The notes under the pieces: model-generated
What the model was told of the DNA's origin: nothing
Seen by the model: the letters and a program-made list of their open reading frames with translations, nothing else
Databases searched by the model: none
Program-made: the position numbers and the translations under genes
Source of the DNA: Podarcis tiliguerta
Taxonomy: Eukaryota
DNA: 64,000 nt
Direction: 5' to 3' (one strand)
Assembly: GCA_965153285.1 (NCBI GenBank)
Contig: OZ229110.1
Shown: piece by piece, positions 12,731-25,086 of the stretch
How the letters are laid out: the number at the start of each line of letters is the position of its first letter
Numbering within the stretch: position 1 is the first letter of the stretch

Positions 12731-13625
12731 CTAGGGAACAGGAGAAATATTATTTGCATCTTTTCCCTGCTCCCACAAGCCAGTGGTTCCCAATTGGTTG
12801 TCCGCAGACTCCAAGGGGGTCACAGAATCATAGAATTATAGCATTGGAAGGGACCACAAAGGTCTTCTACTCCAACTCCCTGCTATGCAGGGACTCAAAC
12901 CCACAACCCTGAGATTAAGAGTCTCATGCTCTCATGCTCTGAGCAATCTACGCTTGGCCTAACCTGCACAGGGGGTCCATGGCACCATTCATGTAACAAA
13001 AACTACCATAGAGAGATTCCCTCCCTCCAAAAAAAGCAGGGGATTCGTGACTTGGTTTTTGAAAAACAGGAAGTCCACAGGACTTAGCTAAATGGGAACC
13101 ATTGCCATAAACTACAGTACAGAAATTTAAGCTGTCGCATTAGAATGATCACCCAACTTCAGAGATCAACATGTGCTCATATAGACATGCTTGTCTCTTG
13201 GATTTGAGGTGGATCCCATTCATTATAGGGGTGTGACATGCATACATAAAGCAATACTCTTCTCGGCCAGGAAATTCTGTGAACGCATCAGAGTACCTAT
13301 GCCCAGAATAAATTGTTGAATTAGGGGCATGTATGTATAATTTAATTTATGAAGGAAGACCCCATGCCTTGCTATCACTAAAACTAAGCTTGTGTAATGA
13401 AGTAAACACACACCCCTTAGCTACTTCTGTTGTCTCCCCTGTGTTAAAATATTGATTGCAACACACTTGGGGCCAGGGACCCGTTCCATTGTGTTTTGTA
13501 AAATATTGTGCTACAGATGGCATTAATTACATCTCATTACATCTAATGCAAATAAAATGTAACTTTGGGGCATAAATAACATGTACATAAGCAACTCAAG
13601 CCCAATTGGAGATGCCATAAAATAC

Positions 13626-14021
13626 CTTCAACAATAAGTTTCGCTGTAGAGGTCTTTTCTTTATTTCCCAGTTTCAGTACACAAGTGTATTCCCCAGCGT
13701 CTGAAAGCTGGACATCAATAATGTGGAGCTTTCTGTCTTTCCCATCAGAGAGGAACCTGTGCTTAGGACTCTCGCGGATGTTGCTGCCATCTTTCATCCA
13801 AGAGGTAATGGCAGTGGAGGGAGAGATGAGGCACTCAAAGATGGCAGAAGAGCCTACTGATTCTGCTTCTGTCAGCACTATGTCTTTAATTTCTGTAACA
13901 AACTTGAGGGGCACAGCTTTCAGCTGGTATGTGAAAGGAGGCTCATCTGGAGGTTTCTCGCCACCACTTCCTGGTCTTAATTTTCTCCTCTCGGCATCTG
14001 CTGGCGAAGGTGTCTTTTTGG
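13626..14021 (-). CDS. TTN: titin exon, end of PEVK + Ig ~I84
   Basis: 396 nt, tag|KKTPSPADAERRKLRPGSGGEKPPDE...KLIVE|gtattt. Confidence 0.96.
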
Positions 14022-14202
14022 CTACAAGTAATATATTTAAAAGGGATATTTGTATGAATCTCACAGTTAAAGTCAGCAGAGGTGTGATGAAAGATGACAA
14101 ATCTTAAACACAGCAGGAAAAGCATGCAGTTATTTCTGTTCAAGTGGCAATTTGTTTATCCCTAGAACATTTAAATCTATTCTATATACAAGCCAGTTCT
14201 GT

Positions 14203-14203
<1 letters not shown>

Positions 14204-14255
<52 letters not shown>
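14204..14255. repeat. (AAT)~17 microsatellite, probably the tail of a short retroelement fragment extending to ~14290
   Basis: taa repeats followed by ttataccccacccatctggctggg. Confidence 0.85.
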
Positions 14256-14665
14256 TTATACCCCACCCATCTGGCTGGGCTTCCCTAGGCTTTTGACATT
14301 CCAATTCCATTCTAGCATGACCAAGACACAAAATGCAAGGCATGGCTGTGGCATGTAGAAGCCTATCTTGGTCCTTTGTGGTTCCTACAGACAAAGTATT
14401 GTTCTGCCCAAAGAGCAAAACACTTCATACTTCCTTTCTTTAATTTGATTGCAATATTCGTCCACCCCACCCCCACTCTTATTGTCTACTTATTGAAGTC
14501 CAGGAATATTACATAAAAAACAGATACAATTATTCTAGATTTTTATGTGATCCTGTTAATTTAGGCATGCTAAAGCCAATCTCTTGTTTTAAGTACCATT
14601 TGCACTTTGGGGAAATGGTTACATGAAAACACGGGCTGGTGTTTAGCTACCTTTTTCTCTGCATA

Positions 14666-15029
14666 AAAGGTAAGGGTAAAGGTACCCCTGCCCGTACGGG
14701 CCAGTCTTGACAGACTCTAGGGTTGTGCGCCCATCTCACTCAAGAGGCCGGGGGCCAGCGCTGTCTGGAGACACTTCCGGGTCACGTGGCCAGCGTGACA
14801 TTGCTGCTCTGGCGAGCCAGAGCCGCACACGGAAACGCCGTTTACCTTCCCGCCAGTAAGCGGTCCCTATTTATCTATTTGCACCCGGGGGTGCTTTCGA
14901 ACTGCTAGGTTGGCAGGCGCTGGGACCGAGCGACGGGAGCGCACCCCGCCGCGGGGATTCGAACCGCTGACCTTTCGATCGGCAAGCCCTAGGCACTGAG
15001 GCTTTTACCCACAGCGCCACCTGCGTCCC
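14666..15029 (-). mobile_element. full-length Sauria SINE
   Basis: Minus strand GGGACGCAGGTGGCGCTGTGGG head, B box GGTTCGAATCC, (ACCTTT)n-like tail, 12-bp TSD tttctctgcata (14654-14665 / 15030-15041). Confidence 0.93.
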
Positions 15030-15080
15030 TTTCTCTGCATAGATCCAGTAAAATTAATGCACATGACTAAGTTAGGTCTA

Positions 15081-15323
15081 CAGTCAAACCTCGGTTCCTG
15101 AACGCCTCCATTTTGGAATGTCTCGGGCCCCCCCAACGCCGAAAACCCGGAAGTAACTGTTCTGGTTTTCGAACGATTTTCGGAATCCGAACATGGTATG
15201 CGACTTCCGTTTTGAGTTTCCGTATTGTATTTAGGCTTCCGATTTCAGTTTTCAGTTGCCGAACGTTTCGCAAGTCGAATGGTCTTCTGGAACGGATTAC
15301 GTTCGACAACCGAGGTTTGACTG
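15081..15323. mobile_element. Tc1/mariner-pogo (Tigger-like) MITE
   Basis: TA TSD; TIR cagtcaaacctcggtt / aaccgaggtttgactg. Confidence 0.88.
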
Positions 15324-15602
15324 TATTAATTTCAATAGGTCTCTACTTTGAGTAAAATTTAGCTTACTACCGCCTAGGTTCTCTGAAAGAAGAGATACTA
15401 CTCATTGTAAAAATGTTGACTACAAAGGGTGTGTGAGTGTCTTTGACATTCATTTATCAAATGACTCACAGGTTTATTGTAGATAGTCAGTTATTTGATA
15501 GTTCATAGCATAAATACTGGGACTGTTGATCACAGTTACTATATATTTACTATATATTTAAAGAGGCTGGGGGGCAGTTTTCCATTTTAGAATCTCTCTT
15601 AC

Positions 15603-15656
15603 CTTTAATAGGAAGTTTAGCCTTGCCAGCTTCCTCCTTTGGTGTAGTTTTAGGCT
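15603..15656 (-). CDS. TTN: titin PEVK exon (C-terminal, constitutive-type)
   Basis: 54 nt, cag|EPKTTPKEEAGKAKLPIK|gtaaga. Confidence 0.9.
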
Positions 15657-15709
15657 CTGACATAAAACAGCAACAGCAGTATTAGATAATGAAGTCCAGT
15701 TTAAACTAT

Positions 15710-15803
15710 TATCTCTCTATCCATCCATCTATCTATCTATCTATCATCTATCTATCTATCTATCTATCTATCATCTATCTATCATCTATCTATCATCTAT
15801 CTA
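15710..15803. repeat. (TCTA)n imperfect tetranucleotide repeat
   Basis: tctatctatc... array. Confidence 0.92.
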
Positions 15804-15875
15804 CCAGCTATTATTTCCTCAAAGTGTTGCTTCTTCTTGCATTCATTTTACTTCTGAGAAGTTGTGCATATTCAA

Positions 15876-15902
15876 ATGAATGAATGAATGAATGAATGAA
15901 TG
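15876..15902. repeat. (TGAA)n microsatellite
   Basis: atgaatgaatgaa... Confidence 0.9.
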
Positions 15903-16042
15903 GTTTAATTCAGCCTCATTTCCCCCTCTCGTAGTAATGGTCTTATCATCCTCTTGGATCCTCAAGCCCTCCAGCTAAGTGTACTCATTTCCCCATCTGC
16001 TATCATTGAGTCCTGGGTGAAAGGTGTGCATGTTATTTAGGA

Positions 16043-16163
16043 CAGTGTCCATTCAAGGTTTGGGCCCAAAATGTTGTTGCGCTACAACTCCCTTCACCAT
16101 TGATTAAGGAGGCTGGGAGTTGTAGTCCAACCACATCTGAAGACTCGACGTTGAATAATACTG
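16043..16163. mobile_element. degenerate hAT-type MITE
   Basis: Internal ctacaactccc...gggagttgtag palindrome shared with the 32029 and 60124 elements; cagt...actg ends. Confidence 0.55.
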
Positions 16164-16379
16164 ATAGCACAACAAGATGTGATCCCTAAAAGTTCTTTAG
16201 TGAGTTGTGTATTGTAAATATTTTTGTTAGTAAGAACATTTAAACTCTCTCATGATTGTTGTGCTCATGATTACTCATACAAAAGTTAATAGAATTGTGA
16301 TACAACCTTGCTCTTGAATTTATTACAGAATAATAATACAGTCCCGCCCTTGAATATATTACTGAAGTAATAGTCATAC

Positions 16380-16460
16380 CTGCTTTCTTTCCAACCACTG
16401 GTGTTGTTAAAGGAGCTGCTTCAGGTTTGGGTTCTGCGGGAGGCTTAGGAGATTTTAGGG
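16380..16460 (-). CDS. TTN: titin PEVK exon (C-terminal, constitutive-type)
   Basis: 81 nt, cag|ALKSPKPPAEPKPEAAPLTTPVVGKKA|gtatga. Confidence 0.9.
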
Positions 16461-17040
16461 CTGTAGAAAAAGTTATATATATTTACTGAGCTTGCAATCC
16501 TCAACACACATACTAGGAAAGCCACACTGAGTTAAGTGGACCTACTTCTGCACAACAATGATTAACATTAGACAATACACATTTTTAAAAATCCTTTTAG
16601 TCTGCAATCCTACACATATTTACCTGGGAGTAAGTCCCATTGAAGGCAATGGGGCTTACTTCTGAATAGACATACATAGGCTTGCTAGTACTTCTTAGAA
16701 CCATGAAATAGATTTTCACTGGCCTTAGTTTGTCACAGAAATAGACAGTGGTATTAGCTGGGATGAATCTTTAACAAGCAAACTTGTTGGAATGAATCTT
16801 TAACAAGCAAAACATAAGCAGAACACTACAGAATTCGCAAATGTGATTGCATAATTTACAAATGCTAAAATGTAAGCCCACAGTCTGATAAAACAAGGAG
16901 TTGCATCAGCACATAAGGGCATATGGTGGGATTCAAAAAAAGCTCATGTTATATAGGTGCTCCATTGATTTTATGCTAACACCAGAGTTAACTAGAATGG
17001 AGGAAAATGGTCTATAATCAGTGGTTTCAAAATGTCCTAC

Positions 17041-17088
17041 CTGTAGCAGGCTTTGGTTCAGGAATTGTGGCTGGTTTAGGCTCTGGAA
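17041..17088 (-). CDS. TTN: titin PEVK exon
   Basis: 48 nt, aag|VPEPKPATIPEPKPAT|gtagga. Confidence 0.87.
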
Positions 17089-17463
17089 CTTTGAACAAAA
17101 AAAAAATAACAAGTAGGTCAATCAATATATTTTAAACAGAACATTGCAAAACCAACAAAATGCATAAAAATAGTTAGAGAGACAAACAGCACAGTTAACA
17201 GACGCCTTAAAGACATTCTTTTCTACTTCAGGGGAACAGAACCGGCTTGAACCATATAAAGACAAATAAGAGGACATTTAATGAAGAAGAAGAAGAAATG
17301 ATGAGGTACTGCATGAAGAATTAGGGAGCAGCTGGAAGAGCACAAAGATGGGAGCATTTATAGCTGGCTTGTTTTAAAGATTAGTGCAGCTCACAGACCA
17401 ATATTCAAGATCAAAAGCGGTTTTAGTTGTATAAGCGATTATAAGAGCACTGCATGTTTGTAC

Positions 17464-17550
17464 CTTTTGATGGTTCAGGCACAGGTTTTTCTTTTTCTTC
17501 CCTTTTCTTGAAAGCTGGGATCTCAGTTTTCTTCTTTTCAACCTCCGGCA
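17464..17550 (-). CDS. TTN: titin PEVK exon
   Basis: 87 nt, aag|VPEVEKKKTEIPAFKKREEKEKPVPEPSK|gtacaa. Confidence 0.88.
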
Positions 17551-18046
17551 CTTAAAAAAAATATTTGTTTTATGCGGAAGCTGAATTCATATATTTTGAC
17601 TTCCCTGATGCATTAATCGATTTTATCCTGAGCCACGTAGCTGGTGTGATTTATTTAAAACAAATAAGAAATAAGTTCAAAGCCTGTCAAAACACTGTAT
17701 GTGGCGAAGATGAACAGCTGGGACACAATAGCGATAATGAGGAAGACAGTTCAAAACTATCAATTATAGAATATGTCAGATGTAGCTTTCTACAAGAGTT
17801 CTTACAAAGTGAAGACTGAAAAGACAGAGTGTGTCAAGGGGATGGGAGAGTGAAATTTGTTACATTACAGATTGTGTCCACAAATTTCTGAATATTTCAA
17901 ATGGTTGGGATTTTTCTTTCCATGCTGAAGAACTATTCAAAATTCAGATGGTTTACTGTTTCAGATTCAGAAAGTATTTGTGACTATGGGGATATAAGAA
18001 GGGTCTCCTACTGCATAACCTCATGGCAATCTGATTTTCGTTGTAC

Positions 18047-18142
18047 CTTCAGGCTTCTTAATCTTTTCAAGAGGCTTGGGTGGAGCTTTTGGTTCCTTCT
18101 CTGCCTTAGGTTCTTCCTCTGGTTTCTTAACTGCTCTTGTGA
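18047..18142 (-). CDS. TTN: titin PEVK exon
   Basis: 96 nt, aag|VTRAVKKPEEEPK...LEKIKKPE|gtacaa. Confidence 0.9.
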
Positions 18143-18728
18143 CTTTAAAAGAAAAACAATTTTCTTTCAAGAACAGTGTGATGAAGTGATGAGGAACTTT
18201 ATTAATAAATGACAGAGGCCAACAAATAGGCTTGGTTTTACATCTGGAGAATAGTGACCTCTTATTTCTCAAGGCTGATAAACTGATCACCACTTAAAAT
18301 CTGCACAGTGTGATAATCTACAATCAAGTCTCCATTAAGAAGTCCTTTTTAGAATTGCAGGTGAAATCAAAGCACTAATTACTGTATATTCAAAAGCAAA
18401 AGCAACAACAGCTTTCTTTATGTTGCAAATAATGGAGACACCTTAGAACTTCCAACTGTCTGGGAGCTTCCAGCATCAGCTATGGTTGCTAGTAGAGCTT
18501 TCTGCCTAGAATCGGCATGTCTAGAACTAGCATTTTCTTTGAACCAGCAAAGGAGTTAACCTGCTTGACGAAATTGTTTATGGGCTTCTCGAGATCCTAT
18601 AGTTGGATGCAAGAAGAAGCTGAAGTGTCTTAGCTATTGCAGTCAGACCTTACAATGTGGCGTTAGGACTGGAATATCACAGCAGTGGGGTCCTCCAGTT
18701 TTTGAAAAAAGCAACACGGCTAAATTAC

Positions 18729-18806
18729 CTTTTTTCAAAACAACTTCTTCTTTAGGTGGTGGAGCGGGAGGCTCAGGTGTGGGTCTCCGTGGCTTCAGTC
18801 CAGGTG
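18729..18806 (-). CDS. TTN: titin PEVK exon
   Basis: 78 nt, aag|APGLKPRRPTPEPPAPPPKEEVVLKK|gtaatt. Confidence 0.89.
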
Positions 18807-19102
18807 CTTAAAATGATATTAATTTCAGAATAAGCGCACATGTAATCATCGCCATTGGGTGCTTGATGTACAATAAGCATTTAGAACTGAAAAACCTATT
18901 ATAAGAGAGCTATACCTTTCAGTTCCATTTGAATAATCACAAAACATGAAGAAATTAGCTACTTTACTTTACTTTTCTCTTTGTTAAGTTTGGTCCTCTC
19001 TTCCAAAGATACTTTATTTCAGAAGGAGTTCTTAAAAAACCTAAAACCACCACCACCATTTTTGTTGCTAAACTTTAATTTTGACTTTAACTTTAGTATA
19101 TA

Positions 19103-19337
19103 CAGTGGTACCTTAGTTTTCGATCATAATCCATTCCAGAAGACTGTTTGACTTCTGAAACATTTGGAAACCGAGGCGCAAAGGGCAGCCTGAAAAATCA
19201 ATGGAGAAGCTTTGGGGGGGGGGGGACTCAGTGGAATCCATTTGACTTCTGAGGCGCATTCAAAAACGGAAGGGTTTTCGGTGGTCGAAAACCGAAACGT
19301 TTGGCTTCTGAGAAGATCGAAAACTGAGGTGCCACTG
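19103..19337. mobile_element. Tc1/mariner-pogo MITE
   Basis: TA TSD; TIR cagtggtaccttagttttcga / tcgaaaactgaggtgccactg. Confidence 0.85.
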
Positions 19338-21121
19338 TATAATATTGTTAGTCATGATAACAAGGCCATGATGAAGAAGCCACAGAATACTCCATCCGAA
19401 ATGAAAGTATGCTTCAGTAAAAAGAAAATAGGAAAAAAGTGAACCGAGTTGAACACAAAACAACCACTGGAAGTCACACATGGAAACGGAATGAAAAATA
19501 TACTACTTTGTGAAATATACTAAAAACTACAGTCTAGTCCTATTTAAGACGAGAACAAGACACAAGGGTCTGTGGGCAACTTACCACATAGTGGCTGCTT
19601 GGGCTGGGGAAGGGCCTTCTTAGGATACATGCAGCCTGAAGACTTTACATTGCTTACTTTGGTTCTAGCATATCTGATCATACAAAAATTTGCTTTCACT
19701 GGATCTATATATGCTTAGCAGATAGGACATCCACTTCTGTTGAAACTTTAATAGATTGTGTAGCCACAATGTTCCTTCTTGACATGAGCTATAAAGACCC
19801 TATAACCAAGTTTTTCACTGTGAATTTTGCGTGAAACTATTATTGCAAAAGTGTGTGGGGTGGTGGGGTGGAAGAGTTTTGGGAAGAGAATCTATTTCTC
19901 TCTGTCTTGAGATGGTGGGAAAAGAACAGATTTTTCAAAAGTAAATGCAATTCTTGTAGGACCAAATATTACTTAGGTGATACACTTTGAAATATTAAAT
20001 TATGTTTGATTCTTTTCATGATGCTGTATAAGATCAGAATATTGCAAAATGTGGGATGTGGAGTAATATTTTTTATGGAACCTTAAAAAAAGCTACATAT
20101 AGTTGTTTATTTTGATAATCCACTACTGATTTTCGTTAGGAAGTAATAAATCTTCCTCCCGGTCTATAATGCTTTGAGTTCCATTTTCTCTATCCTTAAT
20201 TCTGAATGCTAGCTATATTACATCCATGCTTGGCACATGCACTTTCAAATAACTAAATACAATCCAAAGAACTATAAAACAAGTTTCACACACTCAGCAG
20301 GACTCTGGACTTCTGAATCTCAGACAGCAAACAAACATGCCACACGTTGACTGGTGTTTGAAACTCAGGAGAGTTTCAAAAGCAGTTTGTGAGGTGACAT
20401 CGTCGTCATCATTTGTTAAATTTATAACCTTTCCTTCCTCCTGAAGGAGCCCAGGGCAGCAAACACACAAAAGACAAAACAATTAATTCATCTAAAAACA
20501 CCCAATACAATTCCAATACAGATGCAGACTGGGAAAGATCTCTATTTAAAAGGCTTGTTGAAAGAGGAAGATCTTCAGTAGGCACCAAAAAGACAACAGA
20601 GACATTACTTGTCTAATGTTTAATAGGACAGAATTCCAATGGGTAAGTGCCAAGACACTTAAGGCCTGATTCCTACATTATGTGGAACAAAGCTCTTGGT
20701 AAGATGGTATCTGAAGGAGGCTGTCTGTCTGCAAAACACAGTGACTGATTGAATGTAACGGGAGGTTTTCTACACCATGCATAAGGCCTTAGAGCACAGG
20801 TAAAATTAACTATCTGGATTGCAAACCCTAATTACAAATTTAGAAACAATAAAAAAATGAAAACCATCAGTGAGTAGGGACATTAGACTGAAAACCATTC
20901 AGACAACATTAAGTTAGACTTACATTAATATATTAACAGCGCAATCCTATACACACCCACTCAAAAGTAAGTTTAATCAGGCTTACTCCCAGGTGAGTGG
21001 GAATAGGATGGCAGCCTAAAGTCCACACTTTCAAAGAACATTATTATGTGTCAATAGGCATTAGTTATAAAACTGGGGCTTAGTAAAAGTTGTTAAATAC
21101 TGTTGGGGTTGCTGCTGATAC

Positions 21122-21217
21122 CTTTAAGCTGAACCTTTTCCTCCTTAACCTCCTCTTTTGGTGGGAAAGGTACACGGGGTTTGGGTTTTTCAGGTATCTT
21201 CTTCTCCGGTTCTGGTT
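21122..21217 (-). CDS. TTN: titin PEVK exon
   Basis: 96 nt, aag|EPEPEKKIPEKPKPRVPFPPKEEVKEEKVQLK|gtatca. Confidence 0.89.
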
Positions 21218-21669
21218 CTTTAAATGATATTGTGGTAGATTCAGTGCAAATGTAATTATACTATATAAACCTCAGATGAAAACCATCTAATGTATCAAAG
21301 GAAATAAACTGCTTTTATAGACTCCATTCGTAAAACTCCCAGTAACGCAAGTGCAAAAATAAACAACTCAGCTGAAAATATCTGATGGCCCATGGGTTCA
21401 AGAAAGTTTTTGAAAAAGTGATTAGTAAACTTCCAAGTCAATTAAGAGGGAAAGGTGTTTACGTGGTCAAAGATAATGGGAATCACCAACACAGTTACAG
21501 AAAGCAATACAACGTAGGAAATACACGCATACAAACACACACACACAAATAACAAAACAAAACATACTGGAGTGTACACATCACGGAACAAACACACCTA
21601 ATTCTTACTCAGCAAGATGGAGATGGTACAAAAGAAAGTGGTATATTTCATTCACACTTTAGTATATAC

Positions 21670-21753
21670 CTTCATCTGGAATTATCTCCTCTGTTTCTGG
21701 AATAGGAACAGGTACTTGTTCTTCCGGTTCAATTTCCTCTGTAACTTCTGGCT
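21670..21753 (-). CDS. TTN: titin PEVK exon (E-rich)
   Basis: 84 nt, aag|EPEVTEEIEPEEQVPVPIPETEEIIPDE|gtatat. Confidence 0.88.
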
Positions 21754-22446
21754 CTTTAAAGAATATCGACAACGAAGATAAGATTGCCATTTAAAAGATC
21801 AAATGGCAAGAAGAATTGGAGACATATTGCACAAAATAGCGGGGACATTATTACAACGCACACATTCACAGACAAACACACCAGTGTCACAGTGTATTTT
21901 TTTATATAAATGGATGGAGGGCCCTTAAATGGATGCATCAGGCCTCTAGGAACCGTCTGCAGCCCTCTGCACAAAGGCCTATATATTCTGCATTTGATGG
22001 GGCTTTTGAAAAGTGTATGTCCAGATTATATTCACACATATTTTAAAAAAGGATTGTTGCCATCAGATTCACAGATTTTATATATATATACATGTGTTAT
22101 TCCCCTTCAAAGACGTTGGGGCAGCTTTGATGGCCTGATAAGGTCCCATTTTGTATGAAGCAACTATTTGATGCAGCTGCGTTTCATTCAAATGTTCGAG
22201 ATTCTAAGCGTGGGTTTTCCACGGTTAGAATTGCTTGCAGCCATTAAAGGCTGTGGCTTTAAATCCATAATAAGGTAGAAAGGCAGACTGTTAACTTTCA
22301 ACAGATGGACATCATAAAGAACAGAGTCCTCTACCACCACCACCCCACCTTACATATACATACAGGACCACATAAAATGTAAGACCAAACAAAGCGGACA
22401 TAGCAGTCTGGATAAGAATGACGTCGTGATTAATAGGGAGAGCTAC

Positions 22447-22530
22447 CTTCTGCAGGCAGAGGTTCCGGCTTTTTAGGAACAGCAAGAGGGGCCTCTTCTT
22501 CTGGCACAGTTTTCTTAGGGACTTCAGGGA
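22447..22530 (-). CDS. TTN: titin PEVK exon
   Basis: 84 nt, VPEVPKKTVPEEEAPLAVPKKPEPLPAE. Confidence 0.88.
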
Positions 22531-22781
22531 CTTCAAGAAATGTTAATTAGTTTTACTTTCATGTAGGTAAAACAAACAAGGCATCAAAAGCAAAAGCAGT
22601 GCTGCTGAAGGTATTGAAGTTACCTATTGTGTTTGGACACAAACACTCCCTCACCCCCATCCCCACCCCCTCCCAAGTTAGGCTCAGCCTGTCATTTATA
22701 CACATTAGTACGATTTACAAATCCAACAGCTGAACCAAATGCAGCAAGCAAGATGATTTTCTCTGTGAATGATAAAAGTAC

Positions 22782-22865
22782 CTTTTGCGGGAGGAGCTTC
22801 TGGTTTTTTAAGTTCAGCAGCTGGTTTTTTCTTTTCGGGAACAACTTTCTTGGGCTCTTCAGGCA
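22782..22865 (-). CDS. TTN: titin PEVK PPAK exon
   Basis: 84 nt, VPEEPKKVVPEKKKPAAELKKPEAPPAK. Confidence 0.9.
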
Positions 22866-23152
22866 CTTTAAAGATAATATTTCTATTTTTACTTTGAGAA
22901 TTATTGAAGTAAGAGGTACCAAGATGTTAAGAAGAGGAACGAAGAATTAAGGACGTATCAAAAGCAAGATTAATGCTACAGACAGATACATAGACGTACA
23001 TCGTATCTAGAGACATACAGACTTCGTATTATACATACAGAGTTCGTATTATAAAATGAACACTAGGTTATTTCAGTCAAGCAAAAACTATAGGAGAAGA
23101 AGAGAGTATTTTAAGAATAAAGAAATTTTCTTCTTTAGGTGTAGATATATAC

Positions 23153-23236
23153 CTTTAGCTGGTGGCGGTTTGACTTTTTTAGCCACAGGAACTGGTACTT
23201 TCTTTTCTGGAACAGCTTTCTTGGGTACCTCAGGCA
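23153..23236 (-). CDS. TTN: titin PEVK PPAK exon
   Basis: 84 nt, VPEVPKKAVPEKKVPVPVAKKVKPPPAK. Confidence 0.9.
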
Positions 23237-23631
23237 CTTTAAAGATATTAGTTGGTTTGTTAAAAGACAAGGGAAAAAATATATCCATCAACCCACAGGC
23301 ACATCAGACATCACCTTCATCCAGCTTCAAATGAATAATTCTTCCTGAATCTGTTTCCATTCATACAATTAAGTTGTTGTTTTTTATTTACTTTCACATC
23401 AATTAATAATGGAAATTTCAAATTCTTGCAGGCCTAAGCAAATTGCTTTGCAGAATCAGAAAGAACCTTTCTCTCTTTCACACACCCACACACCAATGTA
23501 TACACGCAACAACTTTGTTTCCAAGAGCAGTTTTTCGAATTGCTCAGCAGAAAGTTGGCAAAGCAACGCTTGTCAACATTCTGCTTTAAGGAAGACATAC
23601 TCTTTGTACTGGGAAAGATTATGCCATATAC

Positions 23632-25086
23632 CTTTTGCTGGTTTCTTAGGTACTTCCGTGGGCTCTCCAGGAGCAGCAATGGCTTCTGGTTCCTCAGGAG
23701 CAGCTCTAGGTGCTTCAAGTGCAAGAATGTCCTCAGAGCCCTCAATGACGTATTGTTCTGCCTCTTCCAACTCATAAGCTGCAGCGCTCTCAGGTTCCCC
23801 AAAAGCAGTTATGGCCTGTATGTCTTGGTGGACAGAAACATGTTGCCGCTCTCTCTTTCCAATAAAAGTCTGCACCTCTCGTTCCTCTTCGTGCTCTTCG
23901 ATCTCTTTAGCTGGTGGGCGCTCTGGTTTTTTGAACAAGGGTTCGGGCTTCTTGGGCGGTGCCGCAAGCTCTGGTTTTTTAGGCACAGCAGCAGGTTTCG
24001 GCTTTTTCGTCACCACGACGTGTTCCAGTTTCTTGGGAGCAGCTTCGGGTTCAGGTTTCTTAGGCGCAGCAACAGGCTTGGGTTTCTTGGGCACAAGAGC
24101 AGGCTTAGGTTCCTCAGGAGCAGCAATGACTTGGGGTTCCTCAGGGACAGCAACAGGCTCAGGTCCTGTAAGGGAAACGATGTCCTCGGACCCCTCAATG
24201 ACGTATTGTTCTTCCTCTTCCATCTCATAAGCTGCAACGCTCTCAGGTTCCTCAAAAGGAGTTATGGCCTCTATGTCTAGGTGGACGGAAACATGTTGTC
24301 GCTCTCTCTTTCCAATAAAAGTCTGCACCTCTCGTTCCTCTTCGTGCTCCTCGGCCTCTTTAGCTGGTGGGCGTTCTGGCTTTTTAAACAAGGGTTCGGG
24401 CTTCTGAGGCTCTGGTTTTTTAGGTACAGGAGCAAGTTTCGGCTTTTTAGGCACCGCAATAGGTTCTGGTTTCTTGGGTGCAGCCGCAGGTTCTGGCTTT
24501 TTAGCTACAGCAGTAGGCTTCGGCTTTTTGGGCACAATAGCAGGTTTTGTTTCTTCCGGAGCAGCAACAGCTTCTGGTTCTTCTGGGACAGCTTCGGGTC
24601 CTTCAAGTGAAATAATCTCCTCTGATTCCTCAATAAAGTATTGCTCAGGCTCTGTGATCTCAAAAGCCGAAGCACTCTCGGGTTCTTCAAGTGCAGCTAT
24701 AGCCTCTATGTCCTGGTGGACAGAAACATGTGTTCGCTCTCTGTACCCAACAATTGTTTGCACCTCTCGTTCTTCTTCATATTCCAAGGTCTCTTTAGCA
24801 GGTGGGCGTTCTGGTTTCTTAAGTACAGCCTTTGGTGGTTTTGGCACAGCTGCAGCTTCTGGTTTCTTAGGGACGATGGTAGGCTTGGGTTTTTTAGGCA
24901 CAATAGCAGGTTTACGTTCTTCGGCAACAACAGTGACGACTTCTTCTTCATACTCAACAGTGACTTTTTCTTCTTCATAAACACTAATGGTCTCTGGTTC
25001 TTCAGACACAGCAAAGCGTTCTGGTTCTTTAGGTAAAACAAGAGTTACTTTTTAAACTGGCACAGTTTTCCGAAGTACTTTGGGTG
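23632..25086 (-). CDS. TTN: titin giant PEVK exon A (1455 nt, internal triplication)
   Basis: actaatctcttttaag|APKVLRK...EVPKKPAK|gtatat; 485 open codons, phase 1-1. Confidence 0.88.

Noticed and set aside
14940-15029. tRNA-like A/B boxes
   Set aside because: Part of the Sauria SINE head, not a tRNA gene
20428-20440. Possible 12-nt microexon cag|GAGGAAGGAAAG|gttata
   Set aside because: Very weak donor and non-PEVK peptide; compatible with chance
23540-25036. Long plus-strand ORFs (246 aa, 168 aa and others) and similar ones at 34239-35631
   Set aside because: Antisense shadows of low-complexity PEVK codons; no independent coding signal
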